Positions 1 to 13,614 of a stretch of 64,000 nt of DNA are shown piece by piece (positions within the stretch are counted from its first letter, which is position 1; each line of letters begins with the position of its first letter). This DNA is from Vicugna vicugna (taxonomy: Eukaryota), in assembly GCA_013265495.1 (NCBI GenBank), contig MU058065.1:8845819-8909818 (forward strand). Reading direction: 5' to 3'. A program made the position numbers and the translations under genes. The notes under the pieces are model-generated. The model had not been told where the DNA came from. It worked only from the letters and a program-made list of their open reading frames with translations, and ran no database searches.

Positions 1-1807
1 TCCTGTAAAAAAGTTGTTGTTGTTGTTTTTTAATTTTAAAGTAGAAACCATAGTCAGTGCTTTCAGTCAATTAATTCCTGCTGATCACACTGAGAGAAGA
101 CATTTACACACTGGTCCTTACCTAAGATAAGCAACAAGAAATGAGCTCTCATTAATGTCAAAGCCCAAACTGTGATGTTTCCGGGCTCCGCATGTGCTTA
201 GGAACTCACATCTTGAGACCCCCAAATCTCCCCATAATTCGTGAAGTATCCATGGTGGTCTCAAGTGTGCTTGGAAACAGGTTCCCTCATGTTTTCAGCT
301 CAGGCCTCCTGGTCAAGAAATCCAGAGATGTGATTCAGTGTTCTACCGCAGGACCTGGGAATATGCTTTAAAGCAAGTACTCCAGGAGTTTCTGATGAAA
401 GGCATTCAAATGTTACACAATGCGAAAAAAAATCTTGCATTGGGAGTATTGCCCTGAGATCCAGCAGAAATCGATTTTTCTGCGCCAGCTTGCTTTAATT
501 ATTGGAATAGAACTGAGCAGTACTGTATATTCAGTGAAAACTCTTCACTGGTTAAATAGAATATCAGTTATGGTTGTCAGGGGGCACTACATTTCAAGTT
601 GTGTCCTTTTGATTCTAGTGTTGCAAACTACAGTGATTTATGAGGCTCTTATTGCAGTAAAAGATCATTATTGAAGGGGACACTATTCCTTCCTCCTTAT
701 CTGCTGCCCCAACATTATCGAGCCAGATTGTTTAAGCTTGCTCAGGGTCCAGCACAGAGTGTTGCACAAAGAAGGCATTCAATAGATACACGTTGAATGG
801 AATCCTTGTGGTGCTATACTACCAGTTACACCAATTGGTAGTATAATTGGAGTTTAATTAGAAGATATATTTATTTGGCTTTGTATTCATGACCAAGAAG
901 TCACTCCACGTATCGGGTGCCCATCCAATGTAGCTCTACTCCAGGTAACTCAGGACTAGGTGATTTGGGAAGTTTGTGCCCTGCTGTGCATTTTCAGAAT
1001 ACAGCTCTGGCCCCACACCATTCACTTATGGCAGCTTATCAAAAATCACATCCCATCAACATTCTTAAAATAGAATTAGACTAGGGTTTGGGTGAAGTTC
1101 GCATGAAGAGGAAATTAATTAGGACTCGATGTTTTGAGTAATTGTATGGGGTTTAGACAGGTTCCGTTATTAATAGCCAAGTGTTAGAGAATAGTGTTGG
1201 TGGAGTTTTTTTTTACCTTGGGCAATACTTGTCAGTGTTCTTAAGGTAGTGTGGACTGACTTACACAGGTCACAGGACAGTTACCCTTTATTCCTAATCT
1301 GTAAATATATATTGCTTAACTTTTGATTGCTCTGTAAAACCCATAGGTCGTGGATGGCAGTACCTGTCTTTCAGGGTCACAATAACACATAATTATTAAC
1401 TTTAATTTTCTTTCCTAAGTCAGGAATCTGTGAGAGTGATACCACTCAGATAAACTCCGACGTGGGCTTTCCAAGAACCCATTTGGGAAAATGCTAGCCT
1501 ACAAAAATTAAGAGTGAATAAAGAAAAAGCAGTTTGATGAAAAAAAACATGGTTCAAACTAGTTAAAAAAAAAGAGCTTGATAAATTTTCATCATATTCT
1601 CCTATTTACTATGAATTTTAAACCACATACATTTAGTACCTACTTTAAAATAAATCATCATTGCTGAAGAATTGTAATTACAGAGGTATTTATAGAGTAT
1701 TTGCTTTTAGGAGAAAATAATTAGAATTATGCAACCATAGACATAGGAACTTTTTTTACTGAGCCTAGTGTGAGAATTAGGTATTATGCTATTCTAGGTT
1801 CTTCCTA

Positions 1808-1820
1808 TGCCACCTAGTGG
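1808..1820 (-). promoter_or_regulatory. Candidate CTCF binding site
   Basis: TGCCACCTAGTGG is the reverse complement of CCACTAGGTGGCA, a CTCF core match. Confidence 0.55.
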
Positions 1821-2199
1821 GAGACTCAAATGGTTTTATCTGAGTTTTGTGCAGATTATTTACCTTTAATTTTTCCAACTTTTTATTTGTAGCAAATCAA
1901 CTACATTATACCTACTAAATGGTACATGTCACATTATAGATTGAAAATAAAACTAAAGCAGATAAAACAAAGTGTCTTATGTTACCCTGTCTTATGTTAC
2001 AAATAACTTTATGACAGGATATGTTCATGTTTCCAGCTCACATCACTAACACCACCAATGAGAGGTTCCATGGTTAAAACATAGGCTGTTACTGCTATTG
2101 GTAGATCATTATATTATGATATGATGACACATCCTGATTTTGTCAGCCAAGAGTATCCTAAGGACAGAACTCATTGGTTTAAATAGACTATAATGCTTT

Positions 2200-2535
2200 T
2201 TCACATGCTATTTCCTGCCTTTTCTCTCCTCTGCTTTTCCCCTTTTCTGCATGATGAGATCTGGCTCATCTTTTAAGAGTTCTCTAATCATGTCCTTTTG
2301 AAACTTGCATTCTGTCATAGTTTGCCTGCATAAACTCATAGACACCCAACCAAACACCCCCCTCCCAACAGGACTAACTGGTCACTCCTTGTTGCATCCA
2401 GAGTACCTTGCTCTCACGCTTTTGCTGCTGCGTTAACTCGTATTATGGTTTTCACAGTCAGAGCTGCTTGAGGACAAGGACTGTGTCTTCATCTTTAGAT
2501 TAGACACCATGAATGAATGAATGAATGAACGAACT
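2200..2535 (+). mobile_element. L2 3' end with (ATGA)n tail
   Basis: GAGCTGCTTGAGGACAAGGACTGTGTCTT...ATGAATGAATGAATGAATGAA. Confidence 0.7.
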
Positions 2536-4189
2536 AAAGTCATTATACAGTCGATACTACTGCTCATTTCTCTCACTTGGTTGGTTATAGAAGTCACTCA
2601 TATCCAGTTCTCAGTGACTGGGCTAGAAACAGAGAATGACAGAGTACATGTGAAAGAAAGACAAGGGAATGGGTAGGAGAGCAGGAAGTGACAGATCAGT
2701 AGGAATAGCTATTTAAGGGATATTTAATGAGCTTCCCCTTTCTGTAACTTCTTTCTTCACCCTCAGTCCCCTTTCTTCCCTTTGATTGAAGGGACAAACT
2801 ATCTCACAGTTGGAGACTTGGCTTAGCTCCATTTGTACCTCCTTATGAATGGCAGTGATGGTCACAGAGGACTCAAGTGCTAATACAGATAGTTCAGTTG
2901 GAGGTGAAGGAACAAACTACAGGACTTCCCCTAAAATACAATGTATATTCACATGCAAAGCCTATCTTTTGGGACCAGCTCCAGGTATCTGACATTTTGG
3001 GGGTTCTCTCACTGTAGGCACAAGGTAGACACAAGGCTCCTCCCAGGACCACGTTCCTAAAGAAATATTCACCCCTCCTAGAGCCCATGGGGAAAAGCAG
3101 CATTGGCTGACCACTGGCCTGGCGAAGCAGCTTCATCTCCAACCCCTACAGCACTTACCAGTGTGGTCTGATAGAGGGCGACTTCAGTCACAGTTCCATT
3201 TACATCACTTGCATCACTTGCATCAGGTGTCCTTGATTGGACTGCAAACCCCCTAAGGATAAGGGCCATAGCTAATGCTTCCCTCTCAAGCTCCTAGAAC
3301 AGCAGGCAAAGGTTAAAGTAAAACCCTGCTATACAGTCTCTTTGGTTAACTGAAAAAGAAATGCTCATACCTTTCCCCCCTTCTTTCACATCTACTTTCA
3401 TCTCTGCCTTTCATTCATGTTACTTCTCTTTCCTGTTCCCTAACCCTCATTCACAGGGCATTATTTTTCAAAGGTTGTAATCACTCAGCTCTGTCAGAGG
3501 CACCACAGTAAGTGAAGCCCAAAGCAGAATGACGTAAACAGAGCCCTGCACCGAGACACTTGTGACCCTGAGTGAGTCCACATTCAGAAGATGCAGAGAG
3601 GAAAGGAAGCAATAAACGTGAGTCCAGTCAGAGCTGTTATGGCCATAAAATGTGTTGTAACCACACTCCAAATCAAGGTCAGCCCAGATCTAACAGAAAC
3701 CCTATGATTAGCACCATCACCTTATTTCCTAACTGCAGACATGAAAGACATAATCCTTCTCTATCTGTCCTCCAGCCTGGTAAGAATGAGAAAAGTAACT
3801 CAAACCCATATGAGGTTAAAATTGCCATTGTTCACGTTTATGCGTCTCATTTTATCAACTTGTCAGTTGTTCAGGCTGAGAGAGTGTAGGTCAAGTTTTT
3901 CTTTTAGTGTCTACATGTGAAATTCATGTGGGGTCTTTAGAGTCTCGACGAGGCCACAGGTGATGAATACTGTGGTCTAAGGGCTGCAGCTAGATGGTTC
4001 AGAGCAAACTGAGTTGACCAGGAGAACTGCAAGCAAGGGAGGTTTCCGAGAGTTCTGGTCTCCATCTCAGAAAATGTCATCTCTGTTTTTTCAGTGAGTT
4101 CAAACTGAAAACCGTAATGTCCTTGGTTTCTCTCTACTGCCACACCCAGCATCCAATCCATCCATACATCTTGCTGGTCTCAGAGAAAA

Positions 4190-5010
4190 TTCTTCCAAAA
4201 TATACCTAGTATCTCCATTTTACACCACTCCAGTGCCACCAACCTAATCTAAACCACCATCAGTCCCATTAGGACCACCTAACTGGTCTCCTTGCTGCCA
4301 CCCTTTACCACTTCCAAGCTATTCTCTATACAGCAGCCAATGTGATCTTGGCAAAGCATAAGTCATGTGACTTGTATCATTTAGGGTAACAGTAGCTACC
4401 ATAACAAGGAAACCCCCAAATCTGAAAAATACGAATTTTATTTCTTGCTCACCAAACAGTCCCATATAGGAGTTCCTTGTCAGTACCAAGAGGGAATAGG
4501 GCAAAACCCAGTTATCTTCAATACATGAAATTAACACCCACCTAGCTGGTAGAAGGGGGAAGAGAGAGTGAAGCAGGTACATCTACTCCTTTGATACTTT
4601 TGCCCAAGAGTAACACATAAATCACTCCTGCTTCCTTTCTAATGGCAAGAATTCATCCATGGCTTCTCTTGATGCAGGGAGATGTTCTGGCTGGGCAGCC
4701 AGTTCCCTGCAACAACTCCACAACTCTACAGCTCTTTAGTGGGCAGCTGCCATCTGTTAAAATGTAAGACAAGGATTGTTACTCATCTTCTTACAACTGA
4801 CCTAGAACGTCCTGTCTAACTAAGTGAAATATCCAAAGACTTCCAGATCCTTATGATCTGGCCCACTCCACCTCTCTGGTCTCTCTGTGCTCCAGCCTCA
4901 CTGGCCTCAATTCTGGTCTTTGCTTATTCCCATCTCAGCAGTCACTATTCTCTGCTTCAAATATTCCTTCACTAGATCTTCATAAAACAGATTCCTTTTC
5001 ATCACTGAAG
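4190..5010 (+). mobile_element. L2 fragment split by an MLT1 LTR
   Basis: CCTAACTGGTCTCCTTGCT...ACAGCAGCCAATGTGATCTT and TGATCTGGCCC...TGCTCCAGCCTCACTGGCCT. Confidence 0.7.
4375..4760 (-). mobile_element. Old MaLR LTR (MLT1J/K-like) nested in an L2
   Basis: GCTACCATAACAAGGAAACCCCCAAATCT...TTTATTTCTTGCTCAC...GGCTGGGCAGCC. L2 sequence on both sides. Confidence 0.65.
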
Positions 5011-5104
5011 CAGAAATGAAGTGGGACCCACCAGGAATCTGCACTTAAAAGGCACCCCAGGTGACCCTGACACAGTTGGTCCATGGCTTGTGCTCACAGA
5101 AGCA

Positions 5105-5212
5105 CCAGCACAGTGGTTAAGAGAATGGACTCCAAGATCAGATACCTGAGTTCAAACACTGCTGAGTCTCTTACCAGTCTATAACCTTGGGCAATTTATT
5201 CACCCTCTCTAG
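5105..5212 (+). mobile_element. MIR SINE
   Basis: CAGCACAGTGGTTAAGAG...CCTGAGTTCAAA...ACCTTGGGCAATTTATT. Confidence 0.8.
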
Positions 5213-5579
5213 TTGAGAATGGCAGCTTCTAGTGTGCAAGGGGAAGGGGAACAAAGTTGATTAAAGAGACTCAAAGCCCTAGATGTGGATAAGAGATGGA
5301 TGTGTCTCATACAAGGAACACTAACATAAAAGAGAGAGATGGAGCAGCTCGATAAGGTGGCAAAGGGTAAACTTTGATTATTAATGCTTGTTTGCTAGTA
5401 GACAGGAGCCATTCTTTTACCCACAGGTACTACCTGCACACAAGCTCGTTCTCTCTCATGCATAACTATATACATGCTTCAAAGTCCCTTTGACTCTCCA
5501 TTACTGAAGCCACCACACCCCAACATTATAAACTGACTTCTGACCTAGTTTGAGCGTAATTAAAATTCCATGTAGGTAA

Positions 5580-5925
5580 AATGGGTCCAGGTTTTGCTGG
5601 GGGTAAAGCTTATATTATTTGGTTGATCCTCTTTGAAAAAAAAGGATATAAAATTATAAATAGAAAGTTAGGTACAAAATAGTACCAATTGTTTGTAGAA
5701 TAAGAAAAGGATTGTTGACAAATTACAGGAGGCTTGTAAGTCCAAATCCCTTTTATCTGACATTTCTCTAGGCAATTAACCAAAGATGCTTACACTGAAG
5801 TGCAATCTGATTGCTCTTTCCTCTTAGAACATACTATAATTTCCAGCGACTCCCAATGTTCACAGGGACCCAAGCAAGTAAGAGGCCCCACGCTTTGGCT
5901 TCAATTACTTCTTAGTAAGCCTGCT
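5580..5925. mobile_element. hAT-type (Tip100-like) DNA transposon fossil
   Basis: TCCAGGTTTTG..GGG..AAAGCTTATA..ATTTGG at the left and GAGGCCCC..GCTTT.GCTTCAATT..CTTC at the right resemble hAT MER termini. Family uncertain. Confidence 0.5.
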
Positions 5926-6219
5926 TTCCATCTAGATATTTCTCTTCTGCTCCAAGGTGGGGAAACTCTAATATCTGACTGAAATGAAGGACTTCTTCAT
6001 GTCATCCTTTTTATAAAATTGCTATATTTCCTTTCTTTGAAGGTAGAGGGGACTAAATACTGACCATCATGAAAAATCCTGCAGAGAGCTGTGACCTTGG
6101 CTATCATGGGTTCAAGGGGTCTGGCAGAGGGTTGCAGCCCTGAGCTCTTCCAAGACACATTGCCACATTCCTAACAGTACAAATACTGCCCAAACACCAG
6201 CCATACCTTTGGAAAGAAT

Positions 6220-6666
6220 ATGGTTTTGTGGATTCTTCCATTAGCCTTTCTAGACTCATTCTCTCCTCAGCTCCATCCTGCTCTGCACCCCAGGAGGTTG
6301 ACCCAAGAGGTGTCAGCGGGCTCCCCTCCTGCCTAGCTCATGTTCGCGTCTGGCAGTGGGAGGCACCAGCAGAAGAAGAGTGAGGCTACTTCTTCCCCTG
6401 GCTCCCTTGCTGTGCATTGGCTGCAGACTCTCCTCTCAGGTGGTCCTCTCCATATAACCAGCCTTTCTAGGGTCTGGAAACAGCTCCATCCCCTCAAACT
6501 TCAGGCCTAGGGTGGTAACAGCTCCTCTAACTCAAGTCCTCGGGTACTGCACCATCCCTGGCTATAAACCCTGACCATATCTTTGTAAACATCTCCTTTA
6601 TTAAACTCTTCTCAAATTACCCAGTTTGACTGCTTGTTTGTTTTCTGCTTGGACCCTGAGTAATAT
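6220..6666 (+). mobile_element. LTR33-like solo LTR (ERVL)
   Basis: Characteristic CAGGCCTAGGGTGGTAACAGCTCC and 3' end TTTATTAAACTCTTCTCAAATTACCCAGTTTGA...GGACCCTGA. Confidence 0.75.
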
Positions 6667-7004
6667 GTTATAATTAACAAGGAGGAAAAAAAGACCTTTC
6701 AGAAATGTTTGCTTGGGAGTCCAGGATTACTAATAAGTAAGGAGAAGTAAAAAGCAGTAGCTGACACTGAGCACACCAGCCAATGGACTGTGACAAAAAG
6801 AGGGCTGTAACAAGGGTGTCTGTCTTCCTTTCCTCCTGCCAGGTGGGGGTGCAGGGAAAGTAACCCCAGGTAGAAGATCAGAATCCAGAATCAAGGCTGT
6901 GAGGACCTGTGCTCACTGTACACAAATCACATGTTTCTCCAGTCAGAAAGGACTTTATAAAAGAAACCATTCTATTAGTTAGTCAGGTTAATGAATATTC
7001 TCTG

Positions 7005-7230
7005 CTTGAGTACTTGTAGAGATGGGAAACATTACAACAGCCCATTCTGTTACAAGGGCACATCTAATTGTTAGAACGTTACATTAAGCAAAATCTGCCT
7101 CCCTCTAATTTTCCATGGGTCTATTTCTTTTCTTTTCTTTCTTTTCTTTTTTTTTTTTGAACAATGTAGAGCCAAGTGTGATCTTTCTTCCTTTGGCAGA
7201 CCTACAGATTATCTGAGGAGAGATGCTATG
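7005..7230 (-). mobile_element. L3/CR1-like fragment containing a (TTTTC)n/poly-T tract (~7124-7158)
   Basis: CTAATTGTTAGAA...TTAAGCAAAATCTGCCTCCCT.TAATTTTCC is typical of mammalian L3 fossils. Confidence 0.55.
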
Positions 7231-9924
7231 TCACCCTAACTCCCTCTGTGGAGGCATTGTTGACACATTTCTCACCATACTGGTGTCTTGAATGAACTCT
7301 GGTTCATCAATGCTCCTATGAGAGCACGGTGTCCGAAAATGGACATCATACTCTACGTTGACTTTTGTTTGAAATAACCATACAACACTCAACCAGGTTT
7401 TTATCTTTCCTCCTCCACTTCTCTTACTTCTGGGACACATTTTAAATTAATCCTTTCTCTTCTCACCCATAGCTGCTACCTCATTTAACTATACTAAAAT
7501 TATCTTCTTCTCTCACGTCATTTCCTATTTCAAATGTCCCTTTTATAGCTACCCGTGGTTTTTTTTTCCATCAGAATTCAAGTTTCTTGATTTTATTGTT
7601 ACCACCTGACCTCAATCATTATTTTTACTGCTTCCTGATTCTCTTGTTCTCCTTTCTCCTCCACAACTTTGTTCCCTGTCAGCTCCACTGAATATACTAC
7701 TGATTTCACACTGAACTCTGTTTGAAACGTTCAGCCCATTTTCATCCTTTCCTCTTTTAGAAATTCTTTTTATATCACCACCTCATGTTTAAAATTTAGA
7801 GGAGACACACACACATACATACAAAATCCCAATGATCTTTTCTGCTTCAAAGTTCATGAGCATCCCCTTTTTAGCAACTTGATCTCATTCTCTGAGTTAA
7901 ATACTAGCATCAAGGATAAACTGTTAGTACCAAAATCACTGTTTTATGAAAATGCTAAGTCCTTTATAATTATGTAAAACCTATAGAACTTGAAGTAACA
8001 TGGAAATAACACTTGAAATAATGTTGGTTGACAATCATTTTACTGAAAGATGTATCATAAAAATGAAAATTATGTATAAAGTTCTTATTAGAATATTTGA
8101 CACACAGGACTCACCTAGACTTAGCTTTACTTCTCACTGTGAGGGAAGACTACAGTTCAGTTCATGCCCTTATTTTAAAGGATGAAACTGAGTTAAATAT
8201 GCAGTACTGAACATTTGCTATCCATACGTGTGCAGCCTTCTGGATACAAACCATGTTAAAAAAAATCTGAATGTAGATACAAAGACTGACATATAGTATC
8301 ACAGTGTTTGTCTACTAGAATTCCTTCAGTTATATTTATACAACATTTTTATTTAAGGAGCTCAAAGCCCTCCATAGCTATTACTTAGATAATATTTTAT
8401 TATCTTAGATTAGAACCTTTATAATATTCTCTTTAAGCAAGTAGAAACCAGAGGGATTATATTATCTCTTTCTTGAAGAACACACTTTTAAGTGGAGGCA
8501 GCAAGGCCTTACCCCAGTACCCCATTCCTCTTGACAGCTTGATGACTTGCCTTAGGTCAAGGACACTTACCAAGGTACCAGTGTGCCAAGAAAAGAATTT
8601 TAGTTTAATGATCCACACATGAGATCTGGCTGACTTCCATGTGTACAAAGTCAGCCCTAAGACACTGCAGAGTAGGATGTTGGCTAAGGCTCTGTATACA
8701 AAACTCACTAAGTTTTCTATTAAAACATTTCTGGAAGATGAATCAAAACATACAAGTAATATATGAATGCTAGTCACATAGTTATGACCCCTCAGGCCCC
8801 ATCCTTTCTTGACATCACAATAGAAGACTAGGTTGGCCTGCACACTGTCATGGATTTACTCCCTTGTCTCATCCTGTCTCAGTTTCTGACCCAGACCCTG
8901 GCTTTCACTCTTGATATTTCCAATAGGCAAATAATTAACTTGCTGCTGCCCTTCTCCTGGAATTAAAAGAAAAAGTCAGTAAATTTACACATTAATAATC
9001 CTCTTTAATTGCACAAAGCAGTGGGGTTTGGAAACAGTCACATTAGGCAGTGACTTTATTGAGAAACAGGCTTCCCCACCTACCCTAACATCACTGTGGG
9101 AAGGTAAAGCCACCTCTCTAGTATCTTCTGCCAAGGGCTTCTCAAGGTCACAGGTACCCAAGGAGGGGCCCTTTTCTGAGTCACCTGACTGATGCTTCTT
9201 CCATTTGTTATTTCTACCAGTGTTTTGGTGCCTTGAGGCTAGGTCTTCCTCTTCTTCTTTACTGCTCTGTTTCCCCACAGATTTCCTGCAAGTATCCTGT
9301 CTTCCTTGATTATTCTACCCTCTCTACTCTAGACTTCTGAATACGTTCCCTCATCTTACCGTCCCATTAACCTTGGACTTAGCCTTTCTTTGTACTACCA
9401 GTGTTTGCCCAGAATGGGTCTGAATTTGCTTTACTCTTGTTAGGACTTGCTCTCAGAAAGCTAACTTTCTCCATGGATACTGTAGCCATCACTCCCATTT
9501 GCCCCAAGTTCCTGCTAGTTTCTTACCAATCCCCTCTTTCTCTTGACTTACATCCCCTTTCTCCTTGCTCCCCAAGTGCCCTGTGGCAAATGCCATAAAA
9601 GGGTATTCTACTCCCTCCTGGCTGCCAGAATTCATACTGCCTTCATTTCCATGTAATTTCTTTCCTTCCAGACAGTCACCACCAAACTCTGCACAGTGGG
9701 GGCTGTTCATGTACTGTAAGTGGTTCTTCACTTACCAGAAGTGTGTAAAAGAACCATGGCAGGGCCAGAACTTCTGCCTCAGAATGAGATTCATAATTCA
9801 GCACTCTTATTGCTGACACATTGACCTGAGTCACTCAACTACCTGGATTTAGGACTCTTTGTCTCTCCTTAACTCAGATTATTTCCTACTTAGGAATAGT
9901 TTCTTTACTGGGAAAAAAATTTTG

Positions 9925-10276
9925 TAAAACATAGAGGACTCTCATAGCTTAATAAGGCAAACAGCCCAATTAAAAAATGGACAAAAGAAATGGACAAATT
10001 TCACAAAAAGATATTCAAATGGAAAATAAATACATAAAAAGATGCTCAACACCATTAGCCATTAAAGAAATGCAATTAAAACCACAATGAGACACTACAC
10101 ATGCATCAGAATGCCTAAGTTACAAAGACAAGTAATATCAAGTCCTGTCAATAATGCAGTCTTTGGAATTCTCATGCACTGCAGTGGAAATGTAAAATGG
10201 TACAGCTATTTTGGAAAACAGTTTGACAATTTCATATAAGATTCAACATGCTCTTACTATATGAGCCAGCAATCGT
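9925..10276 (+). mobile_element. L1 ORF2 3' fragment
   Basis: AAAAGATGCTCAACACCATTAGCCATTAAAGAAATGCAATTAAAACCACAATGAGA is a typical L1 3' ORF2 motif. Confidence 0.85.
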
Positions 10277-10697
10277 TAGTGAGAACTGACATCCTATTTC
10301 AGAGAAAGTCTTCACCATTTGAAATTAAGAAAATGATCAAGGCAATGTTCCTACTTAAAGAGTAAAGATGAGTTTCTAATTCATTTCAATGCTTTCGATG
10401 AAGGGTGTTTACCCTTTTAGCTGTAGGGGTGAAGAATGAGAGGCAGATCTTGTTCTTTTGGGTGGCCATATTGGCTTTGGATATTGGATTTTATGGCTTT
10501 CCAGGATAAATCTGTAAATGCAACATGTTACAGTCTTCAAAGAAGAGCAAAGAGAGACACATTTTGAGAAATCATGGCTATATTTACTTGATAATATAAG
10601 TATTCTACTGTTTTCATTGTTGATCCCATTACTTTTTCAACACCTCATTATTTGACCATTATTTAACAGTTTGATGTTTTCAGATAACATCTTTGTC

Positions 10698-10838
10698 TTT
10701 TGTTTTTCTGGGTTTTTTGGGGGGGGGATTCGGTCTATTTATTTATTTATTTATTTAATGGAGGTACAGGAGATTGAACCCAGGACTTTGTGCATGCCAA
10801 GCATGCACTCTACCACTGAGCTATACCCTCCCCTCCCT
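10698..10838 (-). mobile_element. tRNA-derived SINE, camelid vic-1 type, with target-site duplication
   Basis: Reverse complement reads GGGAGGGTATAGCTCAGTGGTAGAG (A box)...CCTGGGTTCAATC (B box)...(TAAA)n tail. Flanks are GATAACATCTTTGTC (10683-10697) and GATAATACCTTTGTC (10839-10853), 13/15 identical. Confidence 0.88.
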
Positions 10839-11269
10839 GATAATACCTTTGTCATTTCAACAATCTAACAGTTTAATTTTACACCTACACAGATCTGACA
10901 CTCTGCTCCTAGTTGAGGATGGTGTCAGTTCAAAGGGAAAGGTAATTGTTGATCACTTGCATGCATTCTTTTGGTATTCATCAGATGTGACCATATTTCA
11001 TCCTGAATGAAGTACAAAGCTTGAGAGCCTGATGGACCAGAGTGATCCATCAGGTCAGCTGGCACCTGTGTTCTCTTTCCCTAGAGATCAGACTGCCTGG
11101 TGGCTTCTTCCTTCTTTCTTTCCTTTCTCCCTCTCTCATTTAAGTCTGCGCCTGGCATAGGGATATATGATCATGTAAGAGACAAAGTTCCTGCCTTATA
11201 ATCACTTATTACTAGAGCTTCCAGTCCATTCTGAATATTCAGTTTAAAAAGTTCAGTCTTTCTCCCCAA

Positions 11270-11560
11270 CTCCATGTGTCTAAATCCTACCTGCCTTCAG
11301 TGTCCTCTCAAATGGAACTATCAGTCAGAAGCTTCCCTTGACCACCCAAGTCCTCTTCCTTTGAACAACCACGGTCACTAGTTGTATTACTCTTGTCCCA
11401 TCATCTACTGTGTCTTGTTCTACAGTTTTTTAATCTCATCTCCTATACTAGACAGTGAGCACTTTGGGGACAAGATTCATTTTCATATCCTCAAAAAACC
11501 TACCATATTGATTTCTGCATAGTAGTTGCTTAAAATCACCTGCTAAATTATTGAATACAT
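11270..11560 (+). mobile_element. L2 3' end
   Basis: GAAGCTTCCCTTGACCACCC...ACTAGACAGTGAGCACTTTGGGGACAAGA...CATAGTAGTTGCTTAA. Confidence 0.65.
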
Positions 11561-12139
11561 CCAAAAACTAAATATAGAAAGGCAACATACAATTTTTTTC
11601 ATAGACTACATCTTTGGTCCAAAAACTTGTTCATTCCTAAGAGCCCTTGAATGAAAAGCAACAGGTGAAAAAGGTCTCTTAAAATTGATGTGTAGTAATT
11701 TTAATGCCAACAAATTTCTACTACTTTGGATTCACTTTCTGGAATCAGGTCAATTCTGAATCTCTAAGTCCCTGAGCAGGGAGGGAAGGATACATAATTT
11801 AAAAAGCTGGGCATGTTCAGGTTAATATTAAATGCATTCTGCTAAAAACCCATACTTAGTACAGGTCATTCCTGACATAGGATGAGAATAATGTTTAGTT
11901 GTAAGTTCTTTGAAGTCATTCACTTCTAATAGGACTTTCGCTATCCCTTTATTTTGCAGAGAATAATGTATTGGTTAACAAATAAAACATAGTATTATGT
12001 TTCACCAGCTAAACCTTAAGCTCTTTTCATTAAAGACAAATTTACACAATATTATCCTGCTGTGGTTAGAGTGTTGCTAATCCGGAAACAAGAAACACAT
12101 TGTATTCTGTTGCACAGTTAACTCTGGTGAACAAGGCTG

Positions 12140-12368
12140 AATTTAGTGTTTAAGCCTCATGAGCTCTGGTGTCTTGTTGCCTGCATTCACACCTTGCTCT
12201 GTGGTCTTCTAGTTTTGTAATCTAGTTAGCTTCCCTGTCTCAATTTCCTCATGATAAAAGAGAGATAATAATTGCCTGTTGACCTGTAGTGAAGATTAAG
12301 TGAGTTTATGTAGCCAAAGCTCTTGGAATGGTGCCTGGAACATAGTAAACACCATGTGAGTATTGTTA
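12140..12368 (+). mobile_element. MIR SINE
   Basis: CTCAATTTCCTCAT...GTGAAGATTAAGTGAG...GTGCCTGGAACATAGTAA. Confidence 0.75.
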
Positions 12369-12987
12369 AGGGTATGAGGGTAGACAGTAAGAACTTGAAT
12401 CCCTTCTCTTCAAATTTGAGGAATGAATCAGATGAAAATGAATCTCATTTTAAGGTAGGTAAGTGGCTCCTTTTCCTGATAACCCTAGGGCCTGAAAGCT
12501 ATTTCAACCAATGGAAGTCTAATTACTGGTATCTCTCCCTATATCCTTTTAACTCTTTCTATACCATCTCTGTTTAAAGTGCTATGCACCCCTCAGAGTC
12601 AAATTTCAGAAGGAGATCTGTAGTGTCACATAACTGACTATAAACCTATGTAACATATCACCTCCCTGATCTGTGACTCCCATTCAAAGGTGAAAAGCGA
12701 AATTGTAGCTATTTCTTGATCAATAATACCCACATGGCTTAAGTGGAATTAGCAGGATTTTTTAATACCTCAACCATGCACTCCATGTGTTTGGCATATA
12801 AACAGAAGCAAACTAATGGTGATATCAACTAACTTTAAAAAGATTAAATAAAAGGAAAAGGCTTAGTCTAAGAATTGGAGAGAGAGGTAACACATGGCAA
12901 CTGAGGTGTCTATCTTACCTCATTAAGCACAGGAGGCAAAGAGGGCCCCTAATTTCTTGGGGCAACTAGTTTCCAAAGACTCCTGCC

Positions 12988-13120
12988 AGTGTTTCTCAAT
13001 TGCTTGACTTGCTTCTATAAAATGCCAGTTTCTAGGGCTCACATGTGCAAATAGGATTCTGGGGGTGGGACCTAGCATCTCCATGTCTAACATTTTTCCC
13101 TCAGGTGATTCTAATGCCCC
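12988..13120. mobile_element. MER5-type hAT-Charlie element
   Basis: CAGTGTTTCTCAA...TCTGGGGGTGGGACCTAG...CAGGTGATTCTAATG. Confidence 0.7.
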
Positions 13121-13614
13121 CAGCTCTCCTCTGCTAACTCATTTCTCAGTGATAAATAGACACAAGGTATTGGTTGGAGAAATCTCTGATGAGAAGAGGA
13201 CTCAGAGGTTATTTACAGTGCCTCCTTTCATACACAGGACAAGGAGCTCCCTAGAAGTCAAAGAACTGGCCCAGGGTCACTCAGATTGGATAAGGTAGCA
13301 CTTCTGAGGGGTTGCAAGAGCTAAGGAATTGCTCACCCACAAAATGTGCTTAAACTGCAAAGTTTTTATTTTGCTAACACACACAGCATTTCTAAAAATA
13401 TCAAGGTAAGACAATAATGTTCTGTTTTAAAAGACTGCACTGCCACACATATATCTACATATTCATATCTCTTATAACCAGTTTATCTTGGGAGTTTTCT
13501 AATTAGCTTTCTTTTCCTTTTAAAAAAAAATCAACATTATTTTATTCTTTCTTTTGGTTTCTTAGATCAGGATTTCAGGGGGAACTCAGGTGAGTAGTTC
13601 ACGATCAGGGTCTG

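Noticed and set aside
567..590. Peptide VMVVRGHY resembling RPL26 VQVVRGHY
   Set aside because: Eight-residue match with no flanking similarity, on the opposite strand and 23 kb from the retrocopy. Treated as coincidence.
10760..10835. tRNA-like sequence with A and B boxes
   Set aside because: It is the head of a SINE with a tail and TSD, not a tRNA gene.
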